Made by a program: the position numbers and the translations under genes
Shown: one piece after another, positions 22,251 through 30,256 of the stretch
Layout of the letters: every line of letters starts with the position of its first letter
Position numbering within the stretch: the stretch's first letter is position 1
The notes under the pieces: generated by a model
What the model was told of the DNA's origin: nothing
Seen by the model: the letters and a program-made list of their open reading frames with translations, nothing else
The model's database searches: none
Source of the DNA: Oscillospiraceae bacterium
Lineage (GTDB): Bacteria > Bacillota > Clostridia > Oscillospirales > Acutalibacteraceae
Assembly (NCBI GenBank): GCA_015066215.1
Contig: SVOU01000001.1
Span: 1 to 45,532, forward strand
Direction of reading: 5' to 3'
Length of the DNA stretch: 45,532 nt

Positions 22251-23275
22251 TGGGGCAGTTCCTCGGCGAGCGCTTTGAGCAGGGCGGCGGTGTTATCGAT
22301 ATCCGCGCGGTGCAAGACGCTTATCGGCGCGTGGATATAGCGACAAGGCAGCGATACGGCGGTCACGTTGACGCCGCCTGCGGCGGTCTGGAACGCGCCC
22401 GCGTCGTTGCCGCCCGCGACCTGCGTTTTGGTCTGCGACGGGATATTCCGCGCGGCGGCGATGCCACGCACCCGCTCATAGAGCGCTTTGGGGTACAGCG
22501 TGCGGCGATCCATAAAGGACACCACGGGGCCTTGCGTCTGGCGGCAGACCGTTTTGACGCCGTCCACACCCGCCACGTCGGCGGCGGTGGTGGCGTCGAT
22601 GATCACGGCATAGTCGGGTTGCAGGGTGAACGCCGCCGCGGCCGCGCCGCGCAAACCGACTTCCTCCTGCGTGGTGAAGGCGAGGGTGATATCAAAGGGC
22701 GGCACTTCGCGTGCCAGCTCCAAAAGCAAGGCGCAACCGACGCGGTCGTCGAGCGCTTTGCCCCACACGCGGTCGGCGGTCATATCGTCATAGTTGGTGT
22801 TGAAGGTGACCATATCGCCCGCGGCGACCAATTTTTCCGCTTCTTCTTTGCTTGTCACACCGAGATCGATGCGCAAGGTGTCCGCCTTGGGGGCTTTTTT
22901 CTCTTCGTCGCCCTTGCACTGATGCACCGCTTTGCCCGCGATGACGCCGATATGCCCGTTGACGCGCACCTGGCGTCCAAACAGCACCGCGTCCTGAATA
23001 CCGCCGACGGTGGTAAAATGCAGCGTGCCGTCTGCGGCGATACCCGTGACGATCAAGCCGACCTCGTCCGTGTGGGCGGCAAAGGTGACGGTTTTGGCGG
23101 CGCGCGCTTTGCCCTTGACCGTGACGAGCAGGTTGCCCAGCGCGTCGGTTTTGTGGGTGATCTCGGCGGGCGAGGTTTTGAGTTGGTCGATGATATAGGC
23201 GCGCACGGCGTCTTCCTGACCGCTGATGCCGTCAAGATTGGAAAGGTCTTTGAGTAAAGTGTAAAACTCCTTCAT
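22247..23275 (-). CDS. M42 family metallopeptidase (aminopeptidase/FrvX-like)
   Basis: 342 aa with DGISGQEDAVRAYI, AHTDEVGLIVTGI and FTTQEEVGLRGA motifs. Confidence 0.85.
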   Translation of the reverse strand: MKEFYTLLKDLSNLDGISGQEDAVRAYIIDQLKTSPAEITHKTDALGNLLVTVKGKARAAKTVTFAAHTDEVGLIVTGIAADGTLHFTTVGGIQDAVLFGRQVRVNGHIGVIAGKAVHQCKGDEEKKAPKADTLRIDLGVTSKEEAEKLVAAGDMVTFNTNYDDMTADRVWGKALDDRVGCALLLELAREVPPFDITLAFTTQEEVGLRGAAAAAFTLQPDYAVIIDATTAADVAGVDGVKTVCRQTQGPVVSFMDRRTLYPKALYERVRGIAAARNIPSQTKTQVAGGNDAGAFQTAAGGVNVTAVSLPCRYIHAPISVLHRADIDNTAALLKALAEELPQ

Positions 23276-24294
23276 CAGCCGACAACTCCTTTCTCGGCGG
23301 CCGCCGCCATCAGGCGCGCAACCGCTTCCACGTCCGCCGTTGCCAACAGTTCGGCAGGGGTGTGCATATACCGCAACGGGATGGACAAAAGCGTGGTGCG
23401 TATACCGCCGTGGGCGGTGGTCATACCGTCGGCGTCGGTGCCCGTTCTGCCGCCCAGCACTTCCGTTTGCACGGGGATGTCGCCGTCAGCGGCGAGTGCT
23501 TTGAGACGCAGGGTGAACGCACGGTCAAGGACGGGACCGATGCCGAGCATCGCGCCTTTGCCAAGCTCGCCGCACTCCTGTGCGGGTGCGTCGTGGGTCA
23601 GACCAAAGCTCACGTCGGTGCAGATCGCATAGTCGGGAGCGGTTTCAAAGGCGGCGGCTTTGGCGCCGTAGCCGCCCAGCTCTTCCTGCACGGCAAGGCA
23701 GGCGATCAGATTGACCGCAAGCGGCTTGTCCTTCAATAGGTCGAGCGCCAACAGCACCGCCGCACAGCCTGCGCGGTCGTCGAGCGATTTGCCGCTCACG
23801 CGGTCGTTTTGCAACACCGCGAAGTTGGGCGCAAAGCCGATGCGGTCGCCCGCGGCGATCAGTTTTTCGGCTTCTTCTTTGCTCATACCCACGTCCACTG
23901 CCGTATCCGACAGGTCGGGCAGGTCTTTATCCTCGCCCGCGAGGTGAGGCGGGGTGGTGCAGATCATGCCGCGCACGGGCTGTTTGCCGAACACGACGAC
24001 GGGCTGGGCTTGCAACGAGCGGGGGTCGACACCGCCGCATTTTGCCACCTGCAAAAAGCCTTTGTCGTCGATGCCCGTGACGATAAGCCCGATCTCATCG
24101 AGATGCGCTTCGAGCATCAGCGTGGGGGCGTCGGGGGTGGCGGCACGGCGAAAACCGCAGACGCTTCCCATAGTATCCACCTTCACTTCGTCGACCAGCG
24201 GACGCATCAGATCGACGACCGCTTGCGTCACCCCCGTTTCGCCGCCGACACCGGCGGCGTCGCTGAGGATTTTGAGCCATTCGGTTGTTTTCAT
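23275..24294 (-). CDS. M42 family metallopeptidase, second paralogue
   Basis: 339 aa from ATG 24294 (GGAGGA SD 7 nt upstream; the track start at 24309 lies inside that SD). Motifs AHLDEIGLIVTGI and AVQEELGGYGA. Its stop overlaps the next gene's ATG by 1 nt. Confidence 0.85.
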   Translation of the reverse strand: MKTTEWLKILSDAAGVGGETGVTQAVVDLMRPLVDEVKVDTMGSVCGFRRAATPDAPTLMLEAHLDEIGLIVTGIDDKGFLQVAKCGGVDPRSLQAQPVVVFGKQPVRGMICTTPPHLAGEDKDLPDLSDTAVDVGMSKEEAEKLIAAGDRIGFAPNFAVLQNDRVSGKSLDDRAGCAAVLLALDLLKDKPLAVNLIACLAVQEELGGYGAKAAAFETAPDYAICTDVSFGLTHDAPAQECGELGKGAMLGIGPVLDRAFTLRLKALAADGDIPVQTEVLGGRTGTDADGMTTAHGGIRTTLLSIPLRYMHTPAELLATADVEAVARLMAAAAEKGVVG

Positions 24295-24309
24295 TGTGGG
24301 TTCCTCCAT

Positions 24310-25680
24310 TCACAGACCGTTGACGAGCGCGCAAAAATGCTTTCCGCGTTCTTCAAAGTTCTTGTACATATCAAAACTGGCGGATGCGGGTGAGAAAAAG
24401 ACGATGTCGCCGTCTTTGGCAATATCCCGTGCCGCTTTGACGGCGGCGGGCAGGTCATTCACGCGCAACAGCGGGAATGCGGGGTCGATATTTTGTATCG
24501 CTTCCTGTATTTTGGGGGCGGTGGCACCGAGCAGGATTGCATATTTGACCGTGTCGGGCACCACTTCGCCCAGCGGCGCGTAGGGGATGTGTTTATCGTA
24601 GCCGCCCGCGATCAAGATGACCTTGCGGTCGAAGGCGCGCAAGCCCGCGATGGTGCGGCTGGGGCTCGAGCCGATGGAATCGTTATAATACGCCACGCCG
24701 TCGAGCGTACGCACCCATTCGCAACGGTGCGCCACGCCGCCGAAGGTGCGGGCATAGTCCGCCATCACGGCGGGCGGCACGGTGCCCCACACGGCGGCAA
24801 AGGCGGCGAGATAGTTTTCAATATTATGCACGCCGAGAATGCGGATATCCTTGGCGGGAAGAATGGGGGTGACGGTGCCGCCGTCACTCACGCACAGGGT
24901 GCCGTTGTCGTCGAGAAACGCGCCTGTTTGCGGCTGTGTGCGGCGAGAAAATTGCCACACGGCGGCTTTTGCCGTTTCGGCAAAGGCGGCGGTGTAGGCG
25001 TTGTCGGCGTTGAGCACCACGCGGTCAGCCGCCGTCTGATAGGCGAGCAGATTGCGCTTGGCTTCGACGTATTCGTCCATATCGGTGTGCCAGTCGAGGT
25101 GGTTGGGGGCGATGTTGGTGACCACCGCCACCGCGGGGCGTTTTTGCATCTGGGTGAGCTGGAAGCTCGAAAGCTCCACCACCGCCACGTCGTCGGCGGT
25201 GATCTCCTCCACCAAGGGAAGCAGGGGGCGGCCGATATTGCCGCCGAGAAACACCTTTTTGCCCGCTTTTTCGAGCAGGCCTGCGATCACCGTGGTGGTG
25301 GTCGTTTTGCCATCCGAGCCTGTGACGGCGTAGATGGGCGCGGGGCAAAGGTCAAAAAACAGTTCCATTTCCGAAGTGACGGGAATCCCCTTTTCGCGCG
25401 CGGCGACCAGTTCGGGCAGATAGGGCTTCATCCCCGGCGTGCGTAGGATCAGGTCGCCGTCAAGGCTTGAAAGATACCCTTCGCCCAGACGCATCGTGAC
25501 GCCCAGTTCGTCCAAAACGGCGGCGGTATCGCCCAAAGCGTCCCGCTCACGGCGGTCACAGGCGGTCACCTTGGCGCCAAAGCCGACCAGCTGGCGAATG
25601 ACGGGCAGATTATTGTTGCCGATGCCGCAAACGGTCACGCGTTTGCCTTTCAAGGCGGTCAAAAAGGAAGTTGCTGTCAT
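24310..25680 (-). CDS. murD: UDP-N-acetylmuramoyl-L-alanine--D-glutamate ligase
   Basis: 456 aa from ATG 25680 (AGAGGG SD 7 nt upstream). N-terminal Rossmann VCGIGNNNLP, P-loop VTGSDGKTTTTTVIAGLL, and C-terminal FSPASASFDMYKNFEERGKHF typical of MurD. Confidence 0.88.
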   Translation of the reverse strand: MTATSFLTALKGKRVTVCGIGNNNLPVIRQLVGFGAKVTACDRRERDALGDTAAVLDELGVTMRLGEGYLSSLDGDLILRTPGMKPYLPELVAAREKGIPVTSEMELFFDLCPAPIYAVTGSDGKTTTTTVIAGLLEKAGKKVFLGGNIGRPLLPLVEEITADDVAVVELSSFQLTQMQKRPAVAVVTNIAPNHLDWHTDMDEYVEAKRNLLAYQTAADRVVLNADNAYTAAFAETAKAAVWQFSRRTQPQTGAFLDDNGTLCVSDGGTVTPILPAKDIRILGVHNIENYLAAFAAVWGTVPPAVMADYARTFGGVAHRCEWVRTLDGVAYYNDSIGSSPSRTIAGLRAFDRKVILIAGGYDKHIPYAPLGEVVPDTVKYAILLGATAPKIQEAIQNIDPAFPLLRVNDLPAAVKAARDIAKDGDIVFFSPASASFDMYKNFEERGKHFCALVNGL

Positions 25681-25723
25681 ATTCATACCCTCTTTATCGT
25701 GCGTAGACTGCATATATACTCTT

Positions 25724-25752
25724 ATTATACGGTTTTCGAAATGGGATATCAA
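25724..25752 (-). promoter_or_regulatory. Sigma-A promoter of the murD operon
   Basis: The minus strand reads TTGATA (25752-25747), a 17-nt spacer, then TATAAT (25729-25724). Confidence 0.65.
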
Positions 25753-25835
25753 CCCATTTTGCATAATTTTCGTGCATTTGGCAGGAAGGTGTGGTATACT
25801 GTGGGTGGAGAAATGCTTTTATGGGAGACTGCATT

Positions 25836-26201
25836 ATGGATCGCAAGCACAACCCACAACTTACGGCAACGGCGCGTGCGCTACGCAAAAATATGACCAA
25901 AGAGGAACGCCGTCTTTGGTTTGCGTTTTTACACACCTATCCTGTGCGTTTTTTACGTCAAAAGGTTATCGACGGATATGTGGTCGATTTTTATTGTCAC
26001 CAAGCACGCCTTGTGCTTGAACTTGACGGCTCACAACATTTTTCGGAAGAGGGCTTGCTGAAAGACCGCGTGCGCACGGAAAAGATAGAAGATCGCAATC
26101 TGACTGTTGTGCGCATAGCCAATAGCGATGTTCATCAGCATTTCGACGAGGTCTGTGCCTATATAGACCGTTTGGTAAAAGAATCACTCGCAGAAAAATA
26201 A
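25836..26201 (+). CDS. DUF559 (Vsr-like endonuclease fold) domain protein
   Basis: 121 aa from ATG 25836: ARALRKNMTKEERRLWFAFLHTYPVRFLRQKVIDGYVVDFYCHQARLVLELDGSQH...NLTVVRIANSDV matches the DUF559 pattern. G+C is visibly lower than in the neighbours. Confidence 0.75.
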   Translation: MDRKHNPQLTATARALRKNMTKEERRLWFAFLHTYPVRFLRQKVIDGYVVDFYCHQARLVLELDGSQHFSEEGLLKDRVRTEKIEDRNLTVVRIANSDVHQHFDEVCAYIDRLVKESLAEK

Positions 26202-26210
26202 GCCTTTTGG

Positions 26211-26354
26211 CCCCCTTGCCTAAAGGGGGCGGGCAGCCGCAAGGCTGACTGGGGGATATGGTTTCTATATACCACCGACACCAAACCGTCTGCGTGATTT
26301 TGGAATCCCTCCACCAACCTAACGGTTGGTCCCCCTCCCTTTAGGCAAGGGAGG
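26211..26354 (+). repeat. Intergenic repeat block R5
   Basis: Inverted partial hairpin-2 copy CCCCCTTGCCTAAAGGGGG (26211-26229) plus a full double-hairpin module at 26307-26354 (ACCAACC/GGTTGGT and CCTCCCTT/AAGGGAGG). Confidence 0.75.
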
Positions 26355-26406
26355 TAAAGGGTGCGTCATTTTTGCTTATCAATATTTTTCAAAGGAGGTG
26401 GTTGCG

Positions 26407-28245
26407 ATGCAGGATAATCCGAAGCTCAAAGAACTGCGGCAACAGGCGATGCGGTTGCCGCTGACGCCCGGGGTATATATTATGAAAAACGCCCACGGGG
26501 ATATTATCTATATCGGCAAGGCAAAGGCGCTTAAAAACCGCGTGAGCCAATATTTCGGCGCCGACACCAACCACTCCGAAAAGGTGCGGCAGATGGTGCG
26601 GCACGTTGACCGCTTTGAATATATTCTGGTGGACAGCGAATTTGAGGCGCTGGTGCTGGAATGTTCGCTCATCAAGCAACACCAACCGAAATACAACATC
26701 TTACTTAAAGATGACAAGGGCTATTGTTACGTGCGCATCTCTCCCCCGCCTTATTCGCGTATTCACGAGTGCAAAAAGCAGGAAAAGGACGGCGCGAAAT
26801 ATCTCGGTCCGTATTTGAGCGCGTTTGTGGTCAAGCAATCGGTGGACGAGGCGTGCAAGGCGTTTGCGCTGGCGACCTGCGGGCGCAGCTTCGCCTATGG
26901 CAAGCCGAATGGGCGTCCGTGTCTTAACCACTATATCGGTCAATGCTGTGCGCCTTGCACGGGCAAGGTGCGCGAAGCGGACTATGCCGAGCGGGTGGCG
27001 GAGGCGGTGGAGCTATTGACCGCGGGCGCGTCCGAGATGGTCGCGTCACTTACCCGCCGTATGGAAGAGGCGGCGGAAAATCTGGCGTTTGAAAAAGCCG
27101 CCCGCTTGCGCGACCGCATCGCCGCGATACGGCGTATGCAGGCGAGGCAGACGGTGGTACAGTCCCCCATCCCCCATCAGGACGTGGTCGCGCTGGTGCA
27201 AAGCGGCGACAAGGTATGCGCAGAGGTGTTCCGCTTTGTGGGCGGGCAGCTCATTGACCGCGAGGAATTTATCTTTGAGCCTGACGGTGATATGACCGCC
27301 ACGCGCAGTGAGTTTTTGCGCCGCTATTACAGTATGCGTGACGGTGTGCCGCCGCGCGTGACGATTGACGGCACGGTGGAGGATGCGGAAGTATTTGCCG
27401 CGTGGCTGTCCGAAAAAGCGGGACGGCAGGTGAAACTGCACCGCCCGCAACGCGGCGAGCAGGTGCGGCTGTTGGAGTTGTGCCGCCAGAACGCCGCCGA
27501 GCATCTGGCGTCGCGGCTGGGACTTGGCGGGCGTGAAAGTGCTACGCTGGATGAGCTGGGACGCTTGTTGGGGCTGGCGACGCCACCTGCGTATATTGAG
27601 TGCTATGATATTTCCAACCAAAACGGCACCGATACGGTGGCGGGTATGGTGGTGTATGAAAACGGCAAGCCGCAAAAAAGTGCCTATCGGCGGTTTGCTA
27701 TTCAGTCGGTGGTCGGGCAGGACGACTATGCCGCGATGCAAGAGGTGTTGCGGCGGCGGTTTGCGGAATATGCCGTCCACAAGGACGAAAACGAGGGCTT
27801 TGGGCGGTTGCCCGACGTCATTTTCCTCGACGGCGGCGAAGGGCATCTACACGCGGGACAGCAAGTGCTGGATGAGCTGGGCATCACCGTACCGCTGTTT
27901 GGTTTGGTGAAGGATAACCGCCACCGCACGCGGGCAATTACCGCGCATCGCGGCGAGATCGCCATTCAGTCGAAGCGGGCGGTATTTACGCTTTTGTCGG
28001 ATATACAGGAAGAGGTGCACCGCTTTGCGATTGGCTATCACCGTAAAAAGCGGAAAAAGAGCAGTATCCAAACGACGCTGACCGCTATTCCGACGATTGG
28101 GGCGGTGCGCGCGAAGGAGTTGCTCAAACGCTTCGGCTCGCTCAAAGCGATCCGCGAGGCGACTGCACAGGAGCTGCTTACCGTCAAGGGGATGACCCAA
28201 CCCGCGGTGGACAGCCTGCTCGCTTGGTTTGCCGAACATCCGTGA
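26407..28245 (+). CDS. uvrC: Excinuclease ABC subunit C
   Basis: 612 aa from ATG 26407 (AAAGGAGG SD). GIY-YIG domain PGVYIMKNAHGDIIYIGKAKALKNRVSQYF, a UVR-domain stretch (FEKAARLRDRIAAI), and a C-terminal (HhH)2. Confidence 0.95.
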   Translation: MQDNPKLKELRQQAMRLPLTPGVYIMKNAHGDIIYIGKAKALKNRVSQYFGADTNHSEKVRQMVRHVDRFEYILVDSEFEALVLECSLIKQHQPKYNILLKDDKGYCYVRISPPPYSRIHECKKQEKDGAKYLGPYLSAFVVKQSVDEACKAFALATCGRSFAYGKPNGRPCLNHYIGQCCAPCTGKVREADYAERVAEAVELLTAGASEMVASLTRRMEEAAENLAFEKAARLRDRIAAIRRMQARQTVVQSPIPHQDVVALVQSGDKVCAEVFRFVGGQLIDREEFIFEPDGDMTATRSEFLRRYYSMRDGVPPRVTIDGTVEDAEVFAAWLSEKAGRQVKLHRPQRGEQVRLLELCRQNAAEHLASRLGLGGRESATLDELGRLLGLATPPAYIECYDISNQNGTDTVAGMVVYENGKPQKSAYRRFAIQSVVGQDDYAAMQEVLRRRFAEYAVHKDENEGFGRLPDVIFLDGGEGHLHAGQQVLDELGITVPLFGLVKDNRHRTRAITAHRGEIAIQSKRAVFTLLSDIQEEVHRFAIGYHRKKRKKSSIQTTLTAIPTIGAVRAKELLKRFGSLKAIREATAQELLTVKGMTQPAVDSLLAWFAEHP

Positions 28246-28252
28246 CCGTTTT

Positions 28253-28296
28253 CCCTATATAGCCGCTTTTGCGGCTATATAGGGAATTTTTGTTTT
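28253..28296 (+). terminator. Intrinsic terminator after uvrC
   Basis: 14-bp stem CCCTATATAGCCGC / GCGGCTATATAGGG, loop TTTT, then AATTTTTGTTTT. Confidence 0.85.
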
Positions 28297-28301
28297 GGGC
28301 G

Positions 28302-28330
28302 TTGACAATTTGAGAAGAATAGAGTATAAT
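28302..28330 (+). promoter_or_regulatory. Consensus sigma-A promoter of tRNA-Pro
   Basis: TTGACA (28302-28307), a 17-nt spacer, then TATAAT (28325-28330), about 20 nt before the tRNA 5' end. Confidence 0.8.
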
Positions 28331-28349
28331 AAGCAGGCTGTGAACAGTT

Positions 28350-28426
28350 CGGGGTGTAGCTCAGTTTGGTAGAGCGCTTGGTTCGGGACCAAGAGGCCAT
28401 GGGTTCAAGTCCCGTCACTCCGACCA
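28350..28426 (+). tRNA. tRNA-Pro (anticodon CGG), CCA encoded
   Basis: Hand-folded cloverleaf. Acceptor CGGGGTG/CACTCCG, D arm GCTC/GAGC, anticodon arm CTTGG-TTCGGGA-CCAAG (anticodon CGG), T arm ATGGG-TTCAAGT-CCCGT, discriminator A plus CCA. Confidence 0.9.
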
Positions 28427-28427
28427 A

Positions 28428-28463
28428 AACAACCGACCACCATTCGGTGGTCGGTTGTTTTTT
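28428..28463 (+). terminator. Intrinsic terminator directly after tRNA-Pro
   Basis: 14-bp stem AACAACCGACCACC / GGTGGTCGGTTGTT, loop ATTC, then TTTT. Confidence 0.85.
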
Positions 28464-28780
28464 GTTGCAGCGATGGATTTGTGCCGGTTGCTTTGTGTCC
28501 CGAACCAAGGGTGAGGGACCAGGTGACGGAGCCGAGCGCGTCCGGTGGACGGTACAGCGAGGCGGAGGAAGCGCGAAACAAGGAGCATCGACCGCGACTG
28601 CGTGGCGAGGCGACTATGTTTTCGCGCGGTAGCCATGGGTTCAAGGTTTCCTTGAACCCTATGAGGGCGCGGGGCGTGAAGAAAAACAGTCCGGTGGACT
28701 GTTTTTTAGCCGCGCGGTGCGCAGGCGGGAACCGCGCAAACGCGGTCGCCAAGCACGGCTGATTTGCAACGCAAAGCAGC
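28430..28780 (+). mobile_element. 351-bp non-coding insert bounded by a 21-bp duplication of the tRNA-Pro 3' end (integrated-element remnant or small element)
   Basis: Flanked by GTCCCGTCACTCCGACCAAAA at 28409-28429 and 28781-28801. It contains tRNA-Pro fragments (14 nt at 28632-28645 match 28396-28409; 28497-28509 is the reverse complement of 28377-28389), a perfect hairpin at 28637-28659 and two terminators. No convincing ORF. Confidence 0.4.
28685..28707 (+). terminator. Terminator-like hairpin inside the insert
   Basis: AACAGTCC-GGT-GGACTGTT followed by TTTT and preceded by an A-run (potentially bidirectional). Confidence 0.6.
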
Positions 28781-28801
28781 GTCCCGTCACTCCGACCAAA
28801 A
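28781..28801 (+). repeat. Second copy of the tRNA-Pro 3' end (att-like direct repeat)
   Basis: 21/21 identity with 28409-28429 (T-loop end, T stem 3' half, acceptor 3' half, ACCA, AAA). Confidence 0.9.
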
Positions 28802-28867
28802 GAAAAAGACTGCACACTCGGGCAGTCTTTTTGTTATCCTTATTTTTACAGCACCAGAGAGGGGGCG
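28802..28867 (+). repeat. Orphan copy of the ferritin terminator plus ferritin 3' end (duplicate of 30255-30323)
   Basis: 28825-28845 is identical to 30280-30300 and 28846-28867 is identical to 30302-30323, with a single 1-nt indel between them. The preceding terminator hairpin (28803-28832) has the same design as 30257-30287, with a compensatory stem change. Confidence 0.85.
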
Positions 28868-28886
28868 AACACGGTTTTGGGGGCTC

Positions 28887-28914
28887 TTGTTTTTTGCTTT
28901 GTTTCTGTTATAAT
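28887..28914 (+). promoter_or_regulatory. Candidate promoter of the NERD gene (extended -10)
   Basis: TTGTTT (28887-28892), a 16-nt spacer, then TGTTATAAT with TATAAT at 28909-28914. This is only about 13 nt before ATG 28928, so a very short leader or leaderless mRNA is implied. Confidence 0.4.
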
Positions 28915-28927
28915 AACATTGACTACT

Positions 28928-30250
28928 ATGGCAAAAGGGGCGTTTTCTTTGGATGTGAAAAAGGTTTATCAGCAACTAACCGGCGTAGATATTGATCAAC
29001 AATCTCGTCTGTGGGACGAGCGCGGCAAAGGTTATTACGGTGAATACTTGGTTTTTTGTCATCTATATCAGCACATTGCCGGCAACGGAAAAATCCTCAT
29101 GAATCTACAAATCCCTACCGCAAATGGAAAGTCAACAGAAGTCGATTTGGTGTTGATTCATGAAACAGGAATATATGTGTTCGAAATCAAACATTACAAG
29201 GGGACAATCTACGGAAAAGATACCGATTCAGCGTGGACACAATATTTTCGTACCACTCAAAACCATTCTTTCCAAAACCCCTTCATTCAAAACGCTTATC
29301 ACATTGATGCCCTGCGCAAACTCTTTCCACAGTTGCCTATCTATTCCTGCGTTGTTTTTACCAATCCCGAATGTGATATTCGCGTGCTGCACACCAATCC
29401 AAACGTCGACATTTGCGCCCTCCCGTATATGTTGTCGGTACTTTCTAATCGATTTGCGAACGCTTGTCAATGTATTTCCATGGAACAGATCGACGCGGCA
29501 TTTTCTCAGTTGTCCGTCTATTCTCAAATGCAAGCTCCTGTAACTATCAACGCACAAGAAACGAGTTTTTTGGCTTGGATACAACCAACCATCAACAGCC
29601 TGACAGAAAAGCGGCAAGAATTGGAACAAGAACGGCAATCACTACTTTTTCAACGGGAAAAAGCAAAGAAAATAAGGCGCACCAGCGTTTTAGTAAGTGT
29701 GCTTGCTACCATCTGCGCCGTTGCAATGCTGGCATTTGTTGCATTTGGCATCGTCCACAAATATCAACTAGACGCTGATCGCCTTGTACAGGAAAGTGCT
29801 GCCGAACTCAATCAAATGAAAAACAACTTTTTACACATTGATCAGATAGACAACGAATATATCGACACTTTGCATTCCTACGTCGAGGTTTCCAACGAGT
29901 CGATACTGCCCTTAACCGATGACGCCGTTTCTTTTTCTGCACGTGTTGCAATGAAAAATGACACCTATGGTATTGCCTTTACAGAAAAATCAAAATATAT
30001 CGTACATACAACAGCGGGAAAAGTTTATGAATATGATGTTTTCGGGGAACACTTGAAATATAGCCGATTTGCTAATATGATCGGAAAAGGTATTCGAAGC
30101 TATGGTGATTTGAAGGCAGTCCAATTTTATGGTATCTCCGACACAGAAATGGTTTCTTATGTTAAAATCACCGGTGTTGAGTTGTTTTTACTGGACATTC
30201 ACCGAACAATTGTAAAAGATAATTTGGAGATCGAATTGTACGCGCCGTAA
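28928..30250 (+). CDS. NERD (nuclease-related domain) protein with a TM anchor and an unknown C-terminal domain
   Basis: NERD pattern GYYGEYLVFCHL...STEVDLVLIHETGIYVFEIKHYKGTIYG...WTQY...FQNPFIQNAYHIDALRKL, then a coiled-coil-like EKRQELEQERQSLLFQREKAKKIRR. One TM (SVLVSVLATICAVAMLAFVAFGIV) is followed by about 160 aa of unknown function. Start uncertain: ATG 28928 has no SD; TTG 28949 is an alternative. G+C is roughly 35-40% against about 60% or more in the flanks. Confidence 0.8.
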   Translation: MAKGAFSLDVKKVYQQLTGVDIDQQSRLWDERGKGYYGEYLVFCHLYQHIAGNGKILMNLQIPTANGKSTEVDLVLIHETGIYVFEIKHYKGTIYGKDTDSAWTQYFRTTQNHSFQNPFIQNAYHIDALRKLFPQLPIYSCVVFTNPECDIRVLHTNPNVDICALPYMLSVLSNRFANACQCISMEQIDAAFSQLSVYSQMQAPVTINAQETSFLAWIQPTINSLTEKRQELEQERQSLLFQREKAKKIRRTSVLVSVLATICAVAMLAFVAFGIVHKYQLDADRLVQESAAELNQMKNNFLHIDQIDNEYIDTLHSYVEVSNESILPLTDDAVSFSARVAMKNDTYGIAFTEKSKYIVHTTAGKVYEYDVFGEHLKYSRFANMIGKGIRSYGDLKAVQFYGISDTEMVSYVKITGVELFLLDIHRTIVKDNLEIELYAP

Positions 30251-30256
30251 GGGCAT

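Noticed and set aside
25791-26406. Longer track starts for the DUF559 gene (25791) and uvrC (26326)
   Set aside because: The upstream extensions lack SD sites, and for uvrC they translate a repeat module. Internal ATGs at 25836 and 26407 have proper SDs and give family-typical N-termini.
28464-28707. Known structured RNA (SRP RNA, 6S, tmRNA, RNase P) inside the 351-bp insert
   Set aside because: I found no SRP domain IV GGAA/AGCA motif in context, no tmRNA tRNA-like ends or tag ORF, and no RNase P GAGGAAAGUCC box. A novel small RNA remains possible but cannot be named.
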